From positions 1,024,001 to 1,088,000 of the forward strand of contig CAXXXD010000004.1 in assembly GCA_963663385.2 (NCBI GenBank): a stretch of DNA of 64,000 bases. The letters are read 5' to 3'. This stretch comes from Oceanispirochaeta sp. (GTDB taxonomy: Bacteria > Spirochaetota > Spirochaetia > DSM-2461). Shown piece by piece: positions 49,385-59,552 of this stretch. Positions within the stretch are counted from its first letter, which is position 1. Each line of letters begins with the position of its first letter. The notes beneath the pieces are model-generated. The model saw nothing but the letters and a program-made list of their open reading frames with translations. It did no database searches and was not told the origin of the DNA. The translations under genes and the position numbers were made by a program.

Positions 49385-50554
49385 TCAGAATTTAAAGCCG
49401 AAATTCTCAGGAATAACCCGTCTGCGGAACTCTTCATTGAAGTATCGGTCTGTCATATTGGCAATATAATCCACCGCTATCCGCTCGGGGGCGGTTTTTC
49501 TGCTGTATTCGGGAATCATCTTTCCGGTAACCCAGCGATTGATGTAGGAATCTTCCCGGTCACGGAGTTCCTTCAGGAATGACTGATAGAGGTGGCGGAA
49601 CATCTGTTCTATCTTGCCGTCTTCGGTTTTCTTTTCCGGATTCAGGTAGATATTCTTATAGTTGTAGTTCATCAGTTTTTTCAGGGCCTGAAAGATGTCC
49701 GGGCTGAACCCGAGCCAGGATTTTCCGGCGCTCTGCTCTATCAGATTATAGGACAGGGTTTGGACGATTTTGTCGTTTCGGTCTCCCAGAACGGCGCTGA
49801 TCTCTCCGGGCAGATCCTCCCGTTTCATCATTCCCAGGGTTATGGCATCCTCAATATCCCGGCCGATATAGGCAATGATATCGGATATCCGGACCACGCA
49901 GCCCTCCAGGGTCATGGGCTTTATAGTGCGGGAGAAATTCTCCGTTTGAAAACACTGCTCGTATTCGTGGATAATCTGATCGGCTTTTTTGGATTTATCC
50001 GGGGCGTACTCTTCCTCCAGGAGTTCTCCGTTATGGCAGAGAATCCCGTCCAGTACCTGGATGGTCAGATTCAGTCCCCGGCCGTTATTCTCCAGTTCCA
50101 GGAGGGTTCTGACACTCTGGGCGTTATGGACAAAGAGGCCGCATCCCTGCTCTTTGCATATGCCGTTCAGATAACGTTCTCCGTCATGGCCGTAGGGAAC
50201 GTGCCCCAGATCGTGCCCCAGGGCAATAGCTTCTATCAGATCTTCATTCAGCTGAAGGGCGCGGCCTATCATACGGGCTATTTTGGATACCAGCTGCACA
50301 TGGAGGACCCTGTGGGTAATGTGATCGTTCTGGAACAGGTAGAAAACCTGGGTTTTATCTATATAACGGGTGTAGGCCCGGGAGTGAATAATCCGGTCCG
50401 TATCGCGGGAAAAGGACGACCGGATATCCGGCTGCGTTTGCTTTTCAATCTGAATACGGGTTCCGCGGCTGCTGTAACAGGCTTCAGAAGAGAAGCTTAT
50501 CTCCTCTCTTTTCTTGTTATGGGCCAGTATATCTGATATCAGTTTCGGATTCAT
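49385..50554 (-). CDS. HD-domain dGTP triphosphohydrolase-like protein
   Basis: RDTDRIIHS, DKTQVF, GHDLGH.PYGH.GE, DIIAY..RDIED, DYIANMTD.Y. Confidence 0.88.
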   Translation of the reverse strand: MNPKLISDILAHNKKREEISFSSEACYSSRGTRIQIEKQTQPDIRSSFSRDTDRIIHSRAYTRYIDKTQVFYLFQNDHITHRVLHVQLVSKIARMIGRALQLNEDLIEAIALGHDLGHVPYGHDGERYLNGICKEQGCGLFVHNAQSVRTLLELENNGRGLNLTIQVLDGILCHNGELLEEEYAPDKSKKADQIIHEYEQCFQTENFSRTIKPMTLEGCVVRISDIIAYIGRDIEDAITLGMMKREDLPGEISAVLGDRNDKIVQTLSYNLIEQSAGKSWLGFSPDIFQALKKLMNYNYKNIYLNPEKKTEDGKIEQMFRHLYQSFLKELRDREDSYINRWVTGKMIPEYSRKTAPERIAVDYIANMTDRYFNEEFRRRVIPENFGFKF

Positions 50555-51249
50555 GGTGCTTCTCCTGTTTTTTGCAGTTCCTCTCTGTACAGGCTGAGGA
50601 ATTCCTCTTTTCTTTTTAAGCGGTACTGCATAACCCAGCGGGGGTGGGGGAGGGGTTTCACTTCGTCAAAAAAGGCGTGTTCCCTGTTCAGTTCCTTCAG
50701 AATTTTATAGTTTTTTCCCTGTCCCAGGGAGAAGGCCACCCGCCTGTCAGCTCCCAGATCCAGCTGTTCCCGGAAGGTTTTTACAATCCAGGGTTTCAGA
50801 TCAGCCAGAAGAGCCGGCGTATCGTAGTAATTCCTGTTCTTTCCCTGCCAGGTAAACCCCAGGGGAGAAAGGGCCGTCAGAAAGTAGCGGCTGTAGAAGG
50901 CTTCCGCTCCGCCCATAAATTCCACCAGGTCGTAGATAAAACGGGAAGAGAGTTCATGCTTTTTCTGAAATCCGTTTGCAATGCCGCAGTATCTTTCCAG
51001 GTTGATGGGATCCGTAAAGGGGATCCCCGTAATCCCTGCTCCGAAACGGCCGGGATTGATCCCGATCAGAAAAATACGGGCGTTGTTATCAGAATAATAC
51101 CTGCTGTAAAAATCCCGGAGTACGGTCTGAACCTCTCTGTTATCATAGGGATCTATCACATCGGTCTGATCGGGGAGGGGATGATCAAATTTTAAAGAAG
51201 ACAGAAAAGCCAGATACTTTTCTGAAAACATCTCTTTCGGGGACTCCAT
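50551..51249 (-). CDS. SMUG2-like uracil-DNA glycosylase family protein
   Basis: GINPGRFGAGITGIPFTDP, ELSS.F, NYYD, LPHPR. Confidence 0.82.
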   Translation of the reverse strand: MESPKEMFSEKYLAFLSSLKFDHPLPDQTDVIDPYDNREVQTVLRDFYSRYYSDNNARIFLIGINPGRFGAGITGIPFTDPINLERYCGIANGFQKKHELSSRFIYDLVEFMGGAEAFYSRYFLTALSPLGFTWQGKNRNYYDTPALLADLKPWIVKTFREQLDLGADRRVAFSLGQGKNYKILKELNREHAFFDEVKPLPHPRWVMQYRLKRKEEFLSLYREELQKTGEAP

Positions 51250-51422
51250 ACTCTTTTTTATAGGATTTTTGTCTCCTTGACCAGAGTTCGGTGTTATGTT
51301 TTATAAAGCCGGATATCATGTCGGCCCGGGGAGCTGCCTCTGATGGACGAGGTATACTATAAACCCTGATTATGCTATTTTAATCTGCAGAATATTTTTT
51401 GAATCAGGGAGTCTTTTTCATT

Positions 51423-52181
51423 ATGCCCTTTAAAATCCTGACAGTGTTTCTCGTGTTCTTTACCCTTTCTGCAGCCTATTCCGAGAGCGGCTTTTCTCTG
51501 AATCCGGTTGTAGACGGTGTGACCGCTGCGGCGTCGCTGGGGGTGTTCCTGCCCTCTCAGTTTCTCGATTCCGGATCGGAAAAAAACAGAGAACGTTCTG
51601 ATATTAACGGTTTTGACAGGCCCTTGATGTACGGTTACAGCGAGTCCCTTGATACGGTTGGAACGGTTATTTCCCTCTCGGCTCTGATGCTGCCGGGTGT
51701 GACTATGCTGGAGGAAAAGGGCCGGGAGAACTGGCTGACCTATGGGGTCATGTATACGGAAGCTTTTCTTCTGACAGCGGGAACCAAGGATCTGCTGAAA
51801 GGGCTGGTCCCCCGGAACAGACCCTTCAGTTATATGGATGACAGTATTCCCGGGGGAGAAGAGGATGATTACTATAACAGTTTCCCTTCGGGTCATACGG
51901 CTTATGCTTTTCTGGGGTCTACTTTTCTGACAACGGTTCTGCTCGAGGATTATGCCGCCTCTCCCTGGACGAAGCCCCTGATTGCGGGCAGCTACACACT
52001 CGCCGCGGGCGTCGCGGCCCTCCGGGTTGCGGCGGGCTGCCACTTTGTCAGCGATGTGCTTGCCGGGGCGGCTATCGGATCCTTCTTCGGATGGGTTGTT
52101 CCAACCCTTCATGTCAGCGATGACAGGGCGATTGCGATTGCGCCCTTATATAACGGATTAACTTTTACATACTACTATTAG
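51423..52181 (+). CDS. PAP2-family phosphatase
   Basis: K..V.R.RP, SFPSGH, RVAAG.HF.SDV. Confidence 0.9.
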   Translation: MPFKILTVFLVFFTLSAAYSESGFSLNPVVDGVTAAASLGVFLPSQFLDSGSEKNRERSDINGFDRPLMYGYSESLDTVGTVISLSALMLPGVTMLEEKGRENWLTYGVMYTEAFLLTAGTKDLLKGLVPRNRPFSYMDDSIPGGEEDDYYNSFPSGHTAYAFLGSTFLTTVLLEDYAASPWTKPLIAGSYTLAAGVAALRVAAGCHFVSDVLAGAAIGSFFGWVVPTLHVSDDRAIAIAPLYNGLTFTYYY

Positions 52182-52182
52182 G

Positions 52183-53013
52183 ATGAATCCAATGAAAAAA
52201 ATAACGGTTATGATCAGTATTCTGCTTGCACAAATGGTTCTGTCTGTTTCCCTTGCCGCCGAAACACCGGATAAGTATCCCACCCTGGGTGAATTACTAA
52301 TCCATATCGATCCCGATACAAGGGCAGTTCTGATGAATGAGAAAGAGGCTGTAGTTTTCCACGACGGCCCTCTGGTTCCGGAAGTACTTCCTTTCTCCGG
52401 GTTTACAGAGCCTATCAGGCAGGAAATTGCAGATGGCGGACTGACCCTGGGGATGGAGGGGCTGTATCTTCTGGGCGACCTGCCCCCGGGCTACCGGAAC
52501 AGTCCGTCCCGGGAGAGAACTCTGAAAATTTATAATATTCTGCGATCGGTAAGCACTCTCAAGGGGCTTGAGTATTATTCGGAAACGTCCAATAAAATGA
52601 AAACCCTTTTTGAGGACAGCTGGGCCATAGACGGTTTTGAATCGAAGAATAAGATACCTGATCCTCTTGTTTCGGAGCTGAAGCCTTATGACAGTATCTC
52701 GATTTATCAGAAGGATAACAGGTTTTCCAAAAACCAGTACACCATGTCTTTCCGGAATGAAGAAGCCAATCTCTCCACCAGTATAATCAACCACACCCCC
52801 CTTAAGGTCTCGGGGGTTATCAAAATGGTTGATCCGGAAGAAATGCAGATACACATTGCCATTATGCCCTATCAGGAGGGGCTGGCAGTTTATGTGATGA
52901 TGGCGGCCGCAACGGATACAAGATCTTTCCGCAGCAAGGCCCAGCAGTCTTTTGGCAATAGGGCTATCGCTCTGAAGAACTGGTTTGAACAGCGGATGGG
53001 CGAGGAGTTTTAG
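52183..53013 (+). CDS. Exported conserved hypothetical protein (spirochaete DUF6675-like)
   Basis: Signal peptide; SVSTLKGLEYYS, QKDNRF, SFGNR. Confidence 0.65.
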   Translation: MNPMKKITVMISILLAQMVLSVSLAAETPDKYPTLGELLIHIDPDTRAVLMNEKEAVVFHDGPLVPEVLPFSGFTEPIRQEIADGGLTLGMEGLYLLGDLPPGYRNSPSRERTLKIYNILRSVSTLKGLEYYSETSNKMKTLFEDSWAIDGFESKNKIPDPLVSELKPYDSISIYQKDNRFSKNQYTMSFRNEEANLSTSIINHTPLKVSGVIKMVDPEEMQIHIAIMPYQEGLAVYVMMAAATDTRSFRSKAQQSFGNRAIALKNWFEQRMGEEF

Positions 53014-54107
53014 CGATCCACCCTTGCACCGCCGCCCCCGACAATCTTCTCTACTTCCGCGAGGCTGGCCATTGTGGTATCACCGGGCGTTGTCATAGCC
53101 AGAGCACCGTGAGCCGCTCCATAGTTAACCGCTTTATCCGCATCGTTGAAAGTCAGGAATCCGTAAATCAGACCCGAGGCAAAACTGTCTCCGCCGCCAA
53201 CCCTGTCCATAATTTCCAGACCGGGTCTATGTTCTGCTACAGAAATTTTTCCGTCATACCAGGATATGGCGCCCCAGTCATTGACTGTGGCGGTTTTAAC
53301 TCCCCTGAGGGTGGTTGCGGTGGCTTTGAAGTTGGGGTATTCCCCAATGGCTTTCTGTATCATTTTTTTGAAGTTTTCCGTTTCCAGATCGGTCAGGTTG
53401 TCATCGGTTCCTTCTACTTCAAAACCGAGACAGGCGGTAAAGTCCTCTTCGTTGCCGATCATAACATCCACGTATGTGGCAATTTCCCTGTTTACCTCCT
53501 GTGCTTTTGCCTCACCTCCGATGGCTTTCCATAGGGAAGGGCGGTAGTTCAGGTCGTAGGAGATAACGGTTCCGTACTTTTTGGCAGCCTTCATGGCTTC
53601 AATCACAACACCGGGTGTTGTTTCGGAGAGGGCGGCAAAGATTCCTCCGGTATGAAACCAGCGGACCCCCCGGGAAAAAATCCCCTCCCAGTCAATATCT
53701 CCCTCTTTAAGCTGAGATACTGCGGTATGCCCTCTGTCTGAGCAGCCTACAGCTCCGCGGATACCAAAGCCTCTCTCTGTAAAGTTCAGTCCGTTACGGG
53801 TTTCCCGTCCGCAGCCGTCGTACCCGGCCCATTTGATCAATCCGGTATCCACACCGCCTTGCAGAATCAGATCTTCCACCAGGCGTCCCACAGGGTTGTC
53901 TGCCAAAGCGGTTACTACAGCGGCGCGCATGCCAAAGCAGCGTCTTAATCCTCTGGCTACATTGTACTCTCCGCCCCCTTCCCAGGCCTGAAACTGCCGT
54001 GTGGTATGAATCCTTCCTTCGCCGGGGTCCAGCCGGAGCATCACCTCGCCCAGGGACAGTATGTCGTATCTGCACTCATCTGCAGGTTTAATTATAAGTT
54101 TTGCCAT
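53010..54107 (-). CDS. kdgK: 2-dehydro-3-deoxygluconokinase (PfkB family), copy 1
   Basis: GEVMLR, GGGEYNVA, SYDLNYRPSLW, DRVGGGDSF. Confidence 0.92.
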   Translation of the reverse strand: MAKLIIKPADECRYDILSLGEVMLRLDPGEGRIHTTRQFQAWEGGGEYNVARGLRRCFGMRAAVVTALADNPVGRLVEDLILQGGVDTGLIKWAGYDGCGRETRNGLNFTERGFGIRGAVGCSDRGHTAVSQLKEGDIDWEGIFSRGVRWFHTGGIFAALSETTPGVVIEAMKAAKKYGTVISYDLNYRPSLWKAIGGEAKAQEVNREIATYVDVMIGNEEDFTACLGFEVEGTDDNLTDLETENFKKMIQKAIGEYPNFKATATTLRGVKTATVNDWGAISWYDGKISVAEHRPGLEIMDRVGGGDSFASGLIYGFLTFNDADKAVNYGAAHGALAMTTPGDTTMASLAEVEKIVGGGGARVDR

Positions 54108-54130
54108 TGTAATATTTCCTTTCCCTTATT

Positions 54131-54787
54131 CTATCTGGAAATCAACTCCACGGCTTCTTTTACAAGTGCCGTTATTCTGTTCCAGTTGCCTTCCTCAATA
54201 TCGGCTGCTTTTCCAACCCATGTCCCTCCGGCACAGGGGATCTGGGGAATAGCCAGATACTCTTTCAGGTTTCCGGTGTTCACTCCGCCTGTGGGCATAA
54301 TATTAATCCCCAGGTGTTTATAGGGCGCAATGATATTTGACAGCATTTTTGTTCCCCCCATAGCCTCGGCGGGAAAGAACTTAACCATATGTATGCCAAA
54401 GTGCATTATCTGCTCCAGCTCCGAGGGGGTGCAGAATCCCGGGAAAAAAGGATATTCCGATTTTACCGCTTCCTCAACAATAACAGGATTAAAGCCGGGG
54501 GCTACTGCAAAGTCGGCGCCCGCATCAAAAGCCCGATGAAGATCTTCCGTATTGAGAACCGTTCCGGCGCCCAGAAGAAGATCAGGAAACAGCTTTGAGG
54601 CTTCTTTAATGATTCCCTCTGCCGCCTGTGTCCGGAATGTAATTTCCGCGGCCATCAGGCCGCATTCATTCAGGATTTCACACATTTTAACCCCGTCATC
54701 TACTTTCTCTATTGCCAGAACGGGGATTACTTTTACTTTGCCCATTTTTTCGACTATCTGATTACATTTCTGCTGATATGAATTCAT
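54131..54787 (-). CDS. eda: KDPG/KHG aldolase, copy 1
   Basis: AEITFRT, GAGTV, VKFFPAE, MPTGGV. Confidence 0.93.
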   Translation of the reverse strand: MNSYQQKCNQIVEKMGKVKVIPVLAIEKVDDGVKMCEILNECGLMAAEITFRTQAAEGIIKEASKLFPDLLLGAGTVLNTEDLHRAFDAGADFAVAPGFNPVIVEEAVKSEYPFFPGFCTPSELEQIMHFGIHMVKFFPAEAMGGTKMLSNIIAPYKHLGINIMPTGGVNTGNLKEYLAIPQIPCAGGTWVGKAADIEEGNWNRITALVKEAVELISR

Positions 54788-54809
54788 ATAATTTCTCCTT
54801 AAATTATTA

Positions 54810-54946
54810 TTAGAATCCGAAATTACATTCGGTATAGCTGTATCGATTGTTTATTATTGCGATTCACGGTAGATTCAGATCCATGGGAATCGGCCCCTTT
54901 TCCATGTTCTTTCCCGGAAATCGCAGAGAATCTATCTGAAATATTC
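54810..54946 (-). pseudogene. uxaC: Decayed 3' remnant of uronate isomerase
   Basis: Minus strand gives EYFR*ILCD / frameshift / GKNMEKGPIPMDLN ... FGF*. Intact uxaC reads EYFRRILCNVLGRDMEKGLIPMDFN...YFGFR*. Same 7764-bp offset. Confidence 0.8.
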
Positions 54947-55006
54947 CGGGAATGGGCTTCCATCAAGAAACAGTTGAACTTTACATAGAAGACTTAAATA
55001 CCCGTA

Positions 55007-55756
55007 CTAGAAAAACATAGTACATTCACTAAAATATCTTTTATTATATTCTCTCCAATAATTTGTAGTATCAGAAAGCTTGAAGTACTGTTGATAATCC
55101 GTAGAAACAAGATCATTCATTCTTCTTAAACCGTTATTGAGATGTGAACCGAGGATGGGGAAAATTGCAGAGCTATCACCTTTCTTTATTGCTTCAATAA
55201 TTTTCTCGTGATCTTCGATTATTTCATGATATTTCAGGGTAACAACAAAATCCAGCATTCTAAACCGTATATATTCTACAAGCTGCATTTGTATCATTTC
55301 CCAGATATATTCACAGTGGGTTTCTCTAAACCAGATTTCATGAAGCTCACTATCTTTCTTGAAATATTCTTTTTCATCTACAACCGGTTGATCAACTATT
55401 AGTTTCTGAAATCTTAGATTATGTTCAAGTTCTTCAATTATAAAACAGTTAGGTTTGCTTTCGATAAAATCTTTAATCACCTGACTTTCAAGAATTACTC
55501 TCATATGGATTATTTGATATATCTTATTCAAATCCAGAAGAGTAGCTGTTACGCCTTTATAGGGAACAATATCCACCAGTCTCATATCACTTAATCTCTT
55601 AAAAGCGGATCTCACAGGAGGTCTGGTTACATTATATAAATCACATATCTCACTCTCAACAATCAGTTCTCCCGGTTTAATAATCAAATTTGTCAGTTTT
55701 GATTTTAAATCTTCAAATATTTTGTTGCTCAAATCATTCTGTTTCTTATTTGCCAC
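55007..55756 (-). CDS. GntR-family (FCD) transcriptional regulator
   Basis: KPGELIVESEI...NVTRPPVRSAFKRL; D.ELH and DHEKII motifs. Confidence 0.88.
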   Translation of the reverse strand: MANKKQNDLSNKIFEDLKSKLTNLIIKPGELIVESEICDLYNVTRPPVRSAFKRLSDMRLVDIVPYKGVTATLLDLNKIYQIIHMRVILESQVIKDFIESKPNCFIIEELEHNLRFQKLIVDQPVVDEKEYFKKDSELHEIWFRETHCEYIWEMIQMQLVEYIRFRMLDFVVTLKYHEIIEDHEKIIEAIKKGDSSAIFPILGSHLNNGLRRMNDLVSTDYQQYFKLSDTTNYWREYNKRYFSECTMFF

Positions 55757-55825
55757 GTGTAAAATCCCTTAAAAAAGTTCTAGTTCGGGCAATATATCAA
55801 TACCCGAATCATATATTAAGTATTA

Positions 55826-56614
55826 TTATTTTTTTGTTTCTTTTATATTCATTTGCAGCGTTGCCAGTGCCTGCTGAAAATACATCATATCATTACCTAA
55901 AATAAGCATAGTGATACCACGATCTATTGCAGCTTTAATATCTTGAGGAGATGACGGGACAACAGGAGCAAGAATTCCAATTCCTCTTTTAGCCGCTTCT
56001 TCCTTTAAAAGTTTATATGCATCATTTACTCTATTATCATTAGAGTTATAGCCTACTTCAGCACCGATACTTAATGAATAGTCTACAGGACCGAAATTGA
56101 TAGCATCAATCCCTGGTGTATTGAGAATCTCTTCAATATTATCTGAGAACTCGAAATCTTCGTCCATGGGAATAACAAGAGTGTCTTCATTCGCTTTTTG
56201 CGTATATTCCTTCCATGAAAATCCCGGACCACCATAGTTTGCAGACCTTACACAAGATTCTCCTCCTCTTCTACCCTCTGGAGGGAATTTTGCGCCTTTC
56301 ATTATCTCATCAATATCATCTTTGGTTCTGCAATGGGGAACAATTACACCTTCAGCCCCCATTTCCAGGACTTTCCTGATTTCAACTTCATTTATATCAC
56401 TAACCCGAACTAAAGGAGAGACGCCGCTGTGTTTTGCAGCCAGGATCAATTTTTCCATATGCACTAACCCATCTAAAGGACAATGCTCAAGATCGAGATA
56501 TACAAAATCAAAACCATAATTTCCAATAGCTTCAACCGCAGCAACAGCTCCAGTATAGCAGACAACTCCAAAGACAGGACCATTTTTCATTTTTTCACGT
56601 AATTTCATCATCAT
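55826..56614 (-). CDS. HpcH/HpaI-family aldolase
   Basis: GFDFVYLDLEH, GAEGVIVP, KFPP.GRRG, GPVDYS. Confidence 0.88.
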   Translation of the reverse strand: MMMKLREKMKNGPVFGVVCYTGAVAAVEAIGNYGFDFVYLDLEHCPLDGLVHMEKLILAAKHSGVSPLVRVSDINEVEIRKVLEMGAEGVIVPHCRTKDDIDEIMKGAKFPPEGRRGGESCVRSANYGGPGFSWKEYTQKANEDTLVIPMDEDFEFSDNIEEILNTPGIDAINFGPVDYSLSIGAEVGYNSNDNRVNDAYKLLKEEAAKRGIGILAPVVPSSPQDIKAAIDRGITMLILGNDMMYFQQALATLQMNIKETKK

Positions 56615-56624
56615 TTCCTTATAC

Positions 56625-57905
56625 CTAAAGAAGAACCTGTGGCAGCCATAAACTGATAGCAGGAATAAAAGTTACTAATAATAAAATAACTATATTACAC
56701 ATTAAAAAGGGAAGAGCATCTTTGAACACTTCAATAATTGAAAGTCCGGAAATTTTTGCTCCCACATTTAAACACATCCCGACTGGCGGAGTAACAAGAC
56801 CGATAGCCAAACCAACCACCATGATGATGCCAAATTGTAATTCGTCCATTCCAATAGTCCTCATTACAGGCATTAGAATTGGTGCTATCAGTAAAATACA
56901 GGGTACAACATCAAGAAAAGTCCCTAACAACAATATAAGCAGATCAAACATCAACAATAGTCCCCAATAGGGAATACTCGTTGTCAGAACAAAGTCTGCA
57001 AGTTGTGTGGGGATCTGTTCTACAGCAAGAATCCAGGTGAAAATCATTGTAAATCCACCGATAATCATAATAGATGCTGTTATGATTGAGGTTTTCTTTA
57101 AACTTGATATTAAATGTTTACCTTTTAGTTCTTTATATATAAAAAAGCCTAAAACCAGTGCGTATAAAACAGCAATTCCTGCGGATTCACTTGCAGTACA
57201 TATTCCTACCGTAACTGTAACAAGAATCATTACAGGCATTAATATTGCCAGAATTCCATCTTTAGCAGTTTTCAGGTTTTCTTTTCTGGTACTAATGCTC
57301 TGATTCTTATGGTAACCATTCTTTCTGGAGATTATCCATGTGATAACCAATTGTGTCGCGCCAATCATAATTCCAGGGATAACACCGGCAAGAAAAAGCT
57401 TTCCCACACTAACTCCGCTTACCATTGCAAACATGAGCATAGGAATACTTGGGGGAATTATCATACCGACAGTTGATGATGCAACAGTAACACCTGTTGA
57501 AAAACCTTTTGAATACCCTTTCTCGATCATATCAGGAATTAAGATGCTGCCTAATGCTGATGTGTCTGCTACAGATGAGCCGGTAATACCGCCGAAGATC
57601 ATTGAGGAGACAACATTGACTTCACCTAACCCGCCTCTTAACGGCTTAACTAATAAAAGTGAAAAGTTTATCAATCTTCTTGTCAGTCCCCCATGATTCA
57701 TCAGTTCACCGCTTAACATGAATAAAGGCATGGCAATTATCAGGAAGCTGTTACATCCACTCCATATACGTTGCGGAAATGACATTAGAAAAGATGGATT
57801 TGTTAGCAAAATATATAATATTCCAGACCCCCCAAGAGCAAAAGCAATAGGCAGACCAATTATTAACAATACAATTAGAGCTGCAAACATTATTGTTAAA
57901 TACAT
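56625..57905 (-). CDS. dctM: TRAP transporter large permease
   Basis: GGITGSSVAD, IIPPSIP, GLVTPPVG. Confidence 0.92.
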   Translation of the reverse strand: MYLTIMFAALIVLLIIGLPIAFALGGSGILYILLTNPSFLMSFPQRIWSGCNSFLIIAMPLFMLSGELMNHGGLTRRLINFSLLLVKPLRGGLGEVNVVSSMIFGGITGSSVADTSALGSILIPDMIEKGYSKGFSTGVTVASSTVGMIIPPSIPMLMFAMVSGVSVGKLFLAGVIPGIMIGATQLVITWIISRKNGYHKNQSISTRKENLKTAKDGILAILMPVMILVTVTVGICTASESAGIAVLYALVLGFFIYKELKGKHLISSLKKTSIITASIMIIGGFTMIFTWILAVEQIPTQLADFVLTTSIPYWGLLLMFDLLILLLGTFLDVVPCILLIAPILMPVMRTIGMDELQFGIIMVVGLAIGLVTPPVGMCLNVGAKISGLSIIEVFKDALPFLMCNIVILLLVTFIPAISLWLPQVLL

Positions 57906-58423
57906 ATTGTAATTTCCTCTGGTAACTCGGAATCATCTGTATATCCAGTTTGAGCAGGTTTAATATCAATGAAATTATTTAATATATCTACCACGCAATA
58001 TAAAATGGTCAAACAGAAAGAGATCGGTACAACCGCGTAAAAAAAACCGGTTTTTATGCCCGATGCAGGAGATACTGTCGTTCCTACCACAGAAATCCAT
58101 TTTATTGAATATTGAATGATTACTGAGGAGACAAAAATAATGATAACCATTATAAGAATATCTACAATTTTACGTTTTTTTTCAGATAGAGAATCTTTAA
58201 ATATTGAAATTCCGATATGATGTTTTTCCCGAATACATAAAGCAGACCCTAAAAAAATAATGGCAGCAAATGCTATAGTGAGCAGTTCTTCTACTGAGCT
58301 GAAAGATAATCCGAACAGATATCGAAGTAATACTGTAAGTATAATCCCGATAGCAAGAACTGCTACAAGTGCTGATAACACAAAAGATAATACTTTATCT
58401 GTCATTCTTAGAATTTTATCCAT
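57896..58423 (-). CDS. dctQ: TRAP transporter small permease
   Basis: Four TM segments; LRY.F...VEEL; HI.I. Confidence 0.88.
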   Translation of the reverse strand: MDKILRMTDKVLSFVLSALVAVLAIGIILTVLLRYLFGLSFSSVEELLTIAFAAIIFLGSALCIREKHHIGISIFKDSLSEKKRKIVDILIMVIIIFVSSVIIQYSIKWISVVGTTVSPASGIKTGFFYAVVPISFCLTILYCVVDILNNFIDIKPAQTGYTDDSELPEEITICI

Positions 58424-58484
58424 AATAACCTCAAAAAGAAATCTTCAGAAAAACCTCAGTTAATCTGAAGATTTCTATTCATAA

Positions 58485-59495
58485 TTAATTTCGGGTCACT
58501 TCCAGAGCTTCATTCAATTCATCTTTTGAAAAAGCCCCACTATCAATAAATTCATCATATACATGCGCAACGGCTTCCCTGAAAAGGTCAGCCTCCTGCT
58601 CTGTAGGAGTATAAATCTGAACGCCGCTATCCTTAATAGTGTTGTAGAAGGTATTATCTGTTTCCAGGCGAAGCTCATTGATTTTTTCTGCAAAAGCCCA
58701 GGCTCCATCATCACAGATCTTCTGTAAATCAGCAGGAAGGCTATTATAGAAATCAAGATTCATACTGAGAACCTCCGGATGAAATTGATAATTAATAACG
58801 GTCATGTATTTCTGAACTTCATAAAATTTCATATCTACGATGTTAGCCATAGGGTTTTCCTCACCATCAGCTACACCGGTTTTTAATGCCATATACGTAT
58901 CTGCATAAGGAATTGAAACCGGATTGGCACCTAAAGCTTTCATACTTGAAATGATTGTCTGCATAGGAGGAGTTCTCAGCTTAAGTCCCTGCATATCTGC
59001 CGGACTTTTAATTTCTTTTATGTTATTTGTTATTTGTCTCGATCCTGCATTACCAAAAGCCAGAATTTTAATATTATTCTTCTCTGCATCTTTCATAATA
59101 GATTTTCCAAGATCACTTTTAGCAAGAGCAATCATATCATTCTGACTGTCAAAAAGAAAAGGCATTAATATCAGTGATAATTTAGGAGTTAACGCATCAA
59201 AGGGACCTCCATCGTATGCCTCGAGGGTTCCCATTTTCATCGATTCAATCATCTCAGGTTCTTTTCCCAGAACCCCCGCAGGAAAGACCTGTACTTCTAT
59301 CCTTCCAGCTGCTTCTTTTTCAACGTATTCTTTAAAAGCCAGTACAGCCTGATTCCTGGGACTTTCCGCTGAAAAAGCATGACCAACCTTAATGGTATAG
59401 ACCTTTTCTGATGAACTGTCTTCGGATTGACCATTTGCAAATACAGCACCGGCAGTTACTATTAAACCCAGCAACAAAACTAAAACCTTTTTCAT
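58485..59495 (-). CDS. dctP: TRAP transporter substrate-binding protein
   Basis: Signal peptide; DMQGLKLR, YMALKTGVADG.ENP, FYEVQKY. Confidence 0.92.
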   Translation of the reverse strand: MKKVLVLLLGLIVTAGAVFANGQSEDSSSEKVYTIKVGHAFSAESPRNQAVLAFKEYVEKEAAGRIEVQVFPAGVLGKEPEMIESMKMGTLEAYDGGPFDALTPKLSLILMPFLFDSQNDMIALAKSDLGKSIMKDAEKNNIKILAFGNAGSRQITNNIKEIKSPADMQGLKLRTPPMQTIISSMKALGANPVSIPYADTYMALKTGVADGEENPMANIVDMKFYEVQKYMTVINYQFHPEVLSMNLDFYNSLPADLQKICDDGAWAFAEKINELRLETDNTFYNTIKDSGVQIYTPTEQEADLFREAVAHVYDEFIDSGAFSKDELNEALEVTRN

Positions 59496-59552
59496 TTTCC
59501 CTTCCTTCTCTCAATTATTTGAGATTACAATCCCTTTATATTGAAAACTTAC

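Larger units (their letters stand above)
53010..54946. repeat. Left copy of kdgK-eda-uxaC' direct repeat
   Basis: Homologous to 60774-62710 at a constant offset of 7764 bp. Confidence 0.92.
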
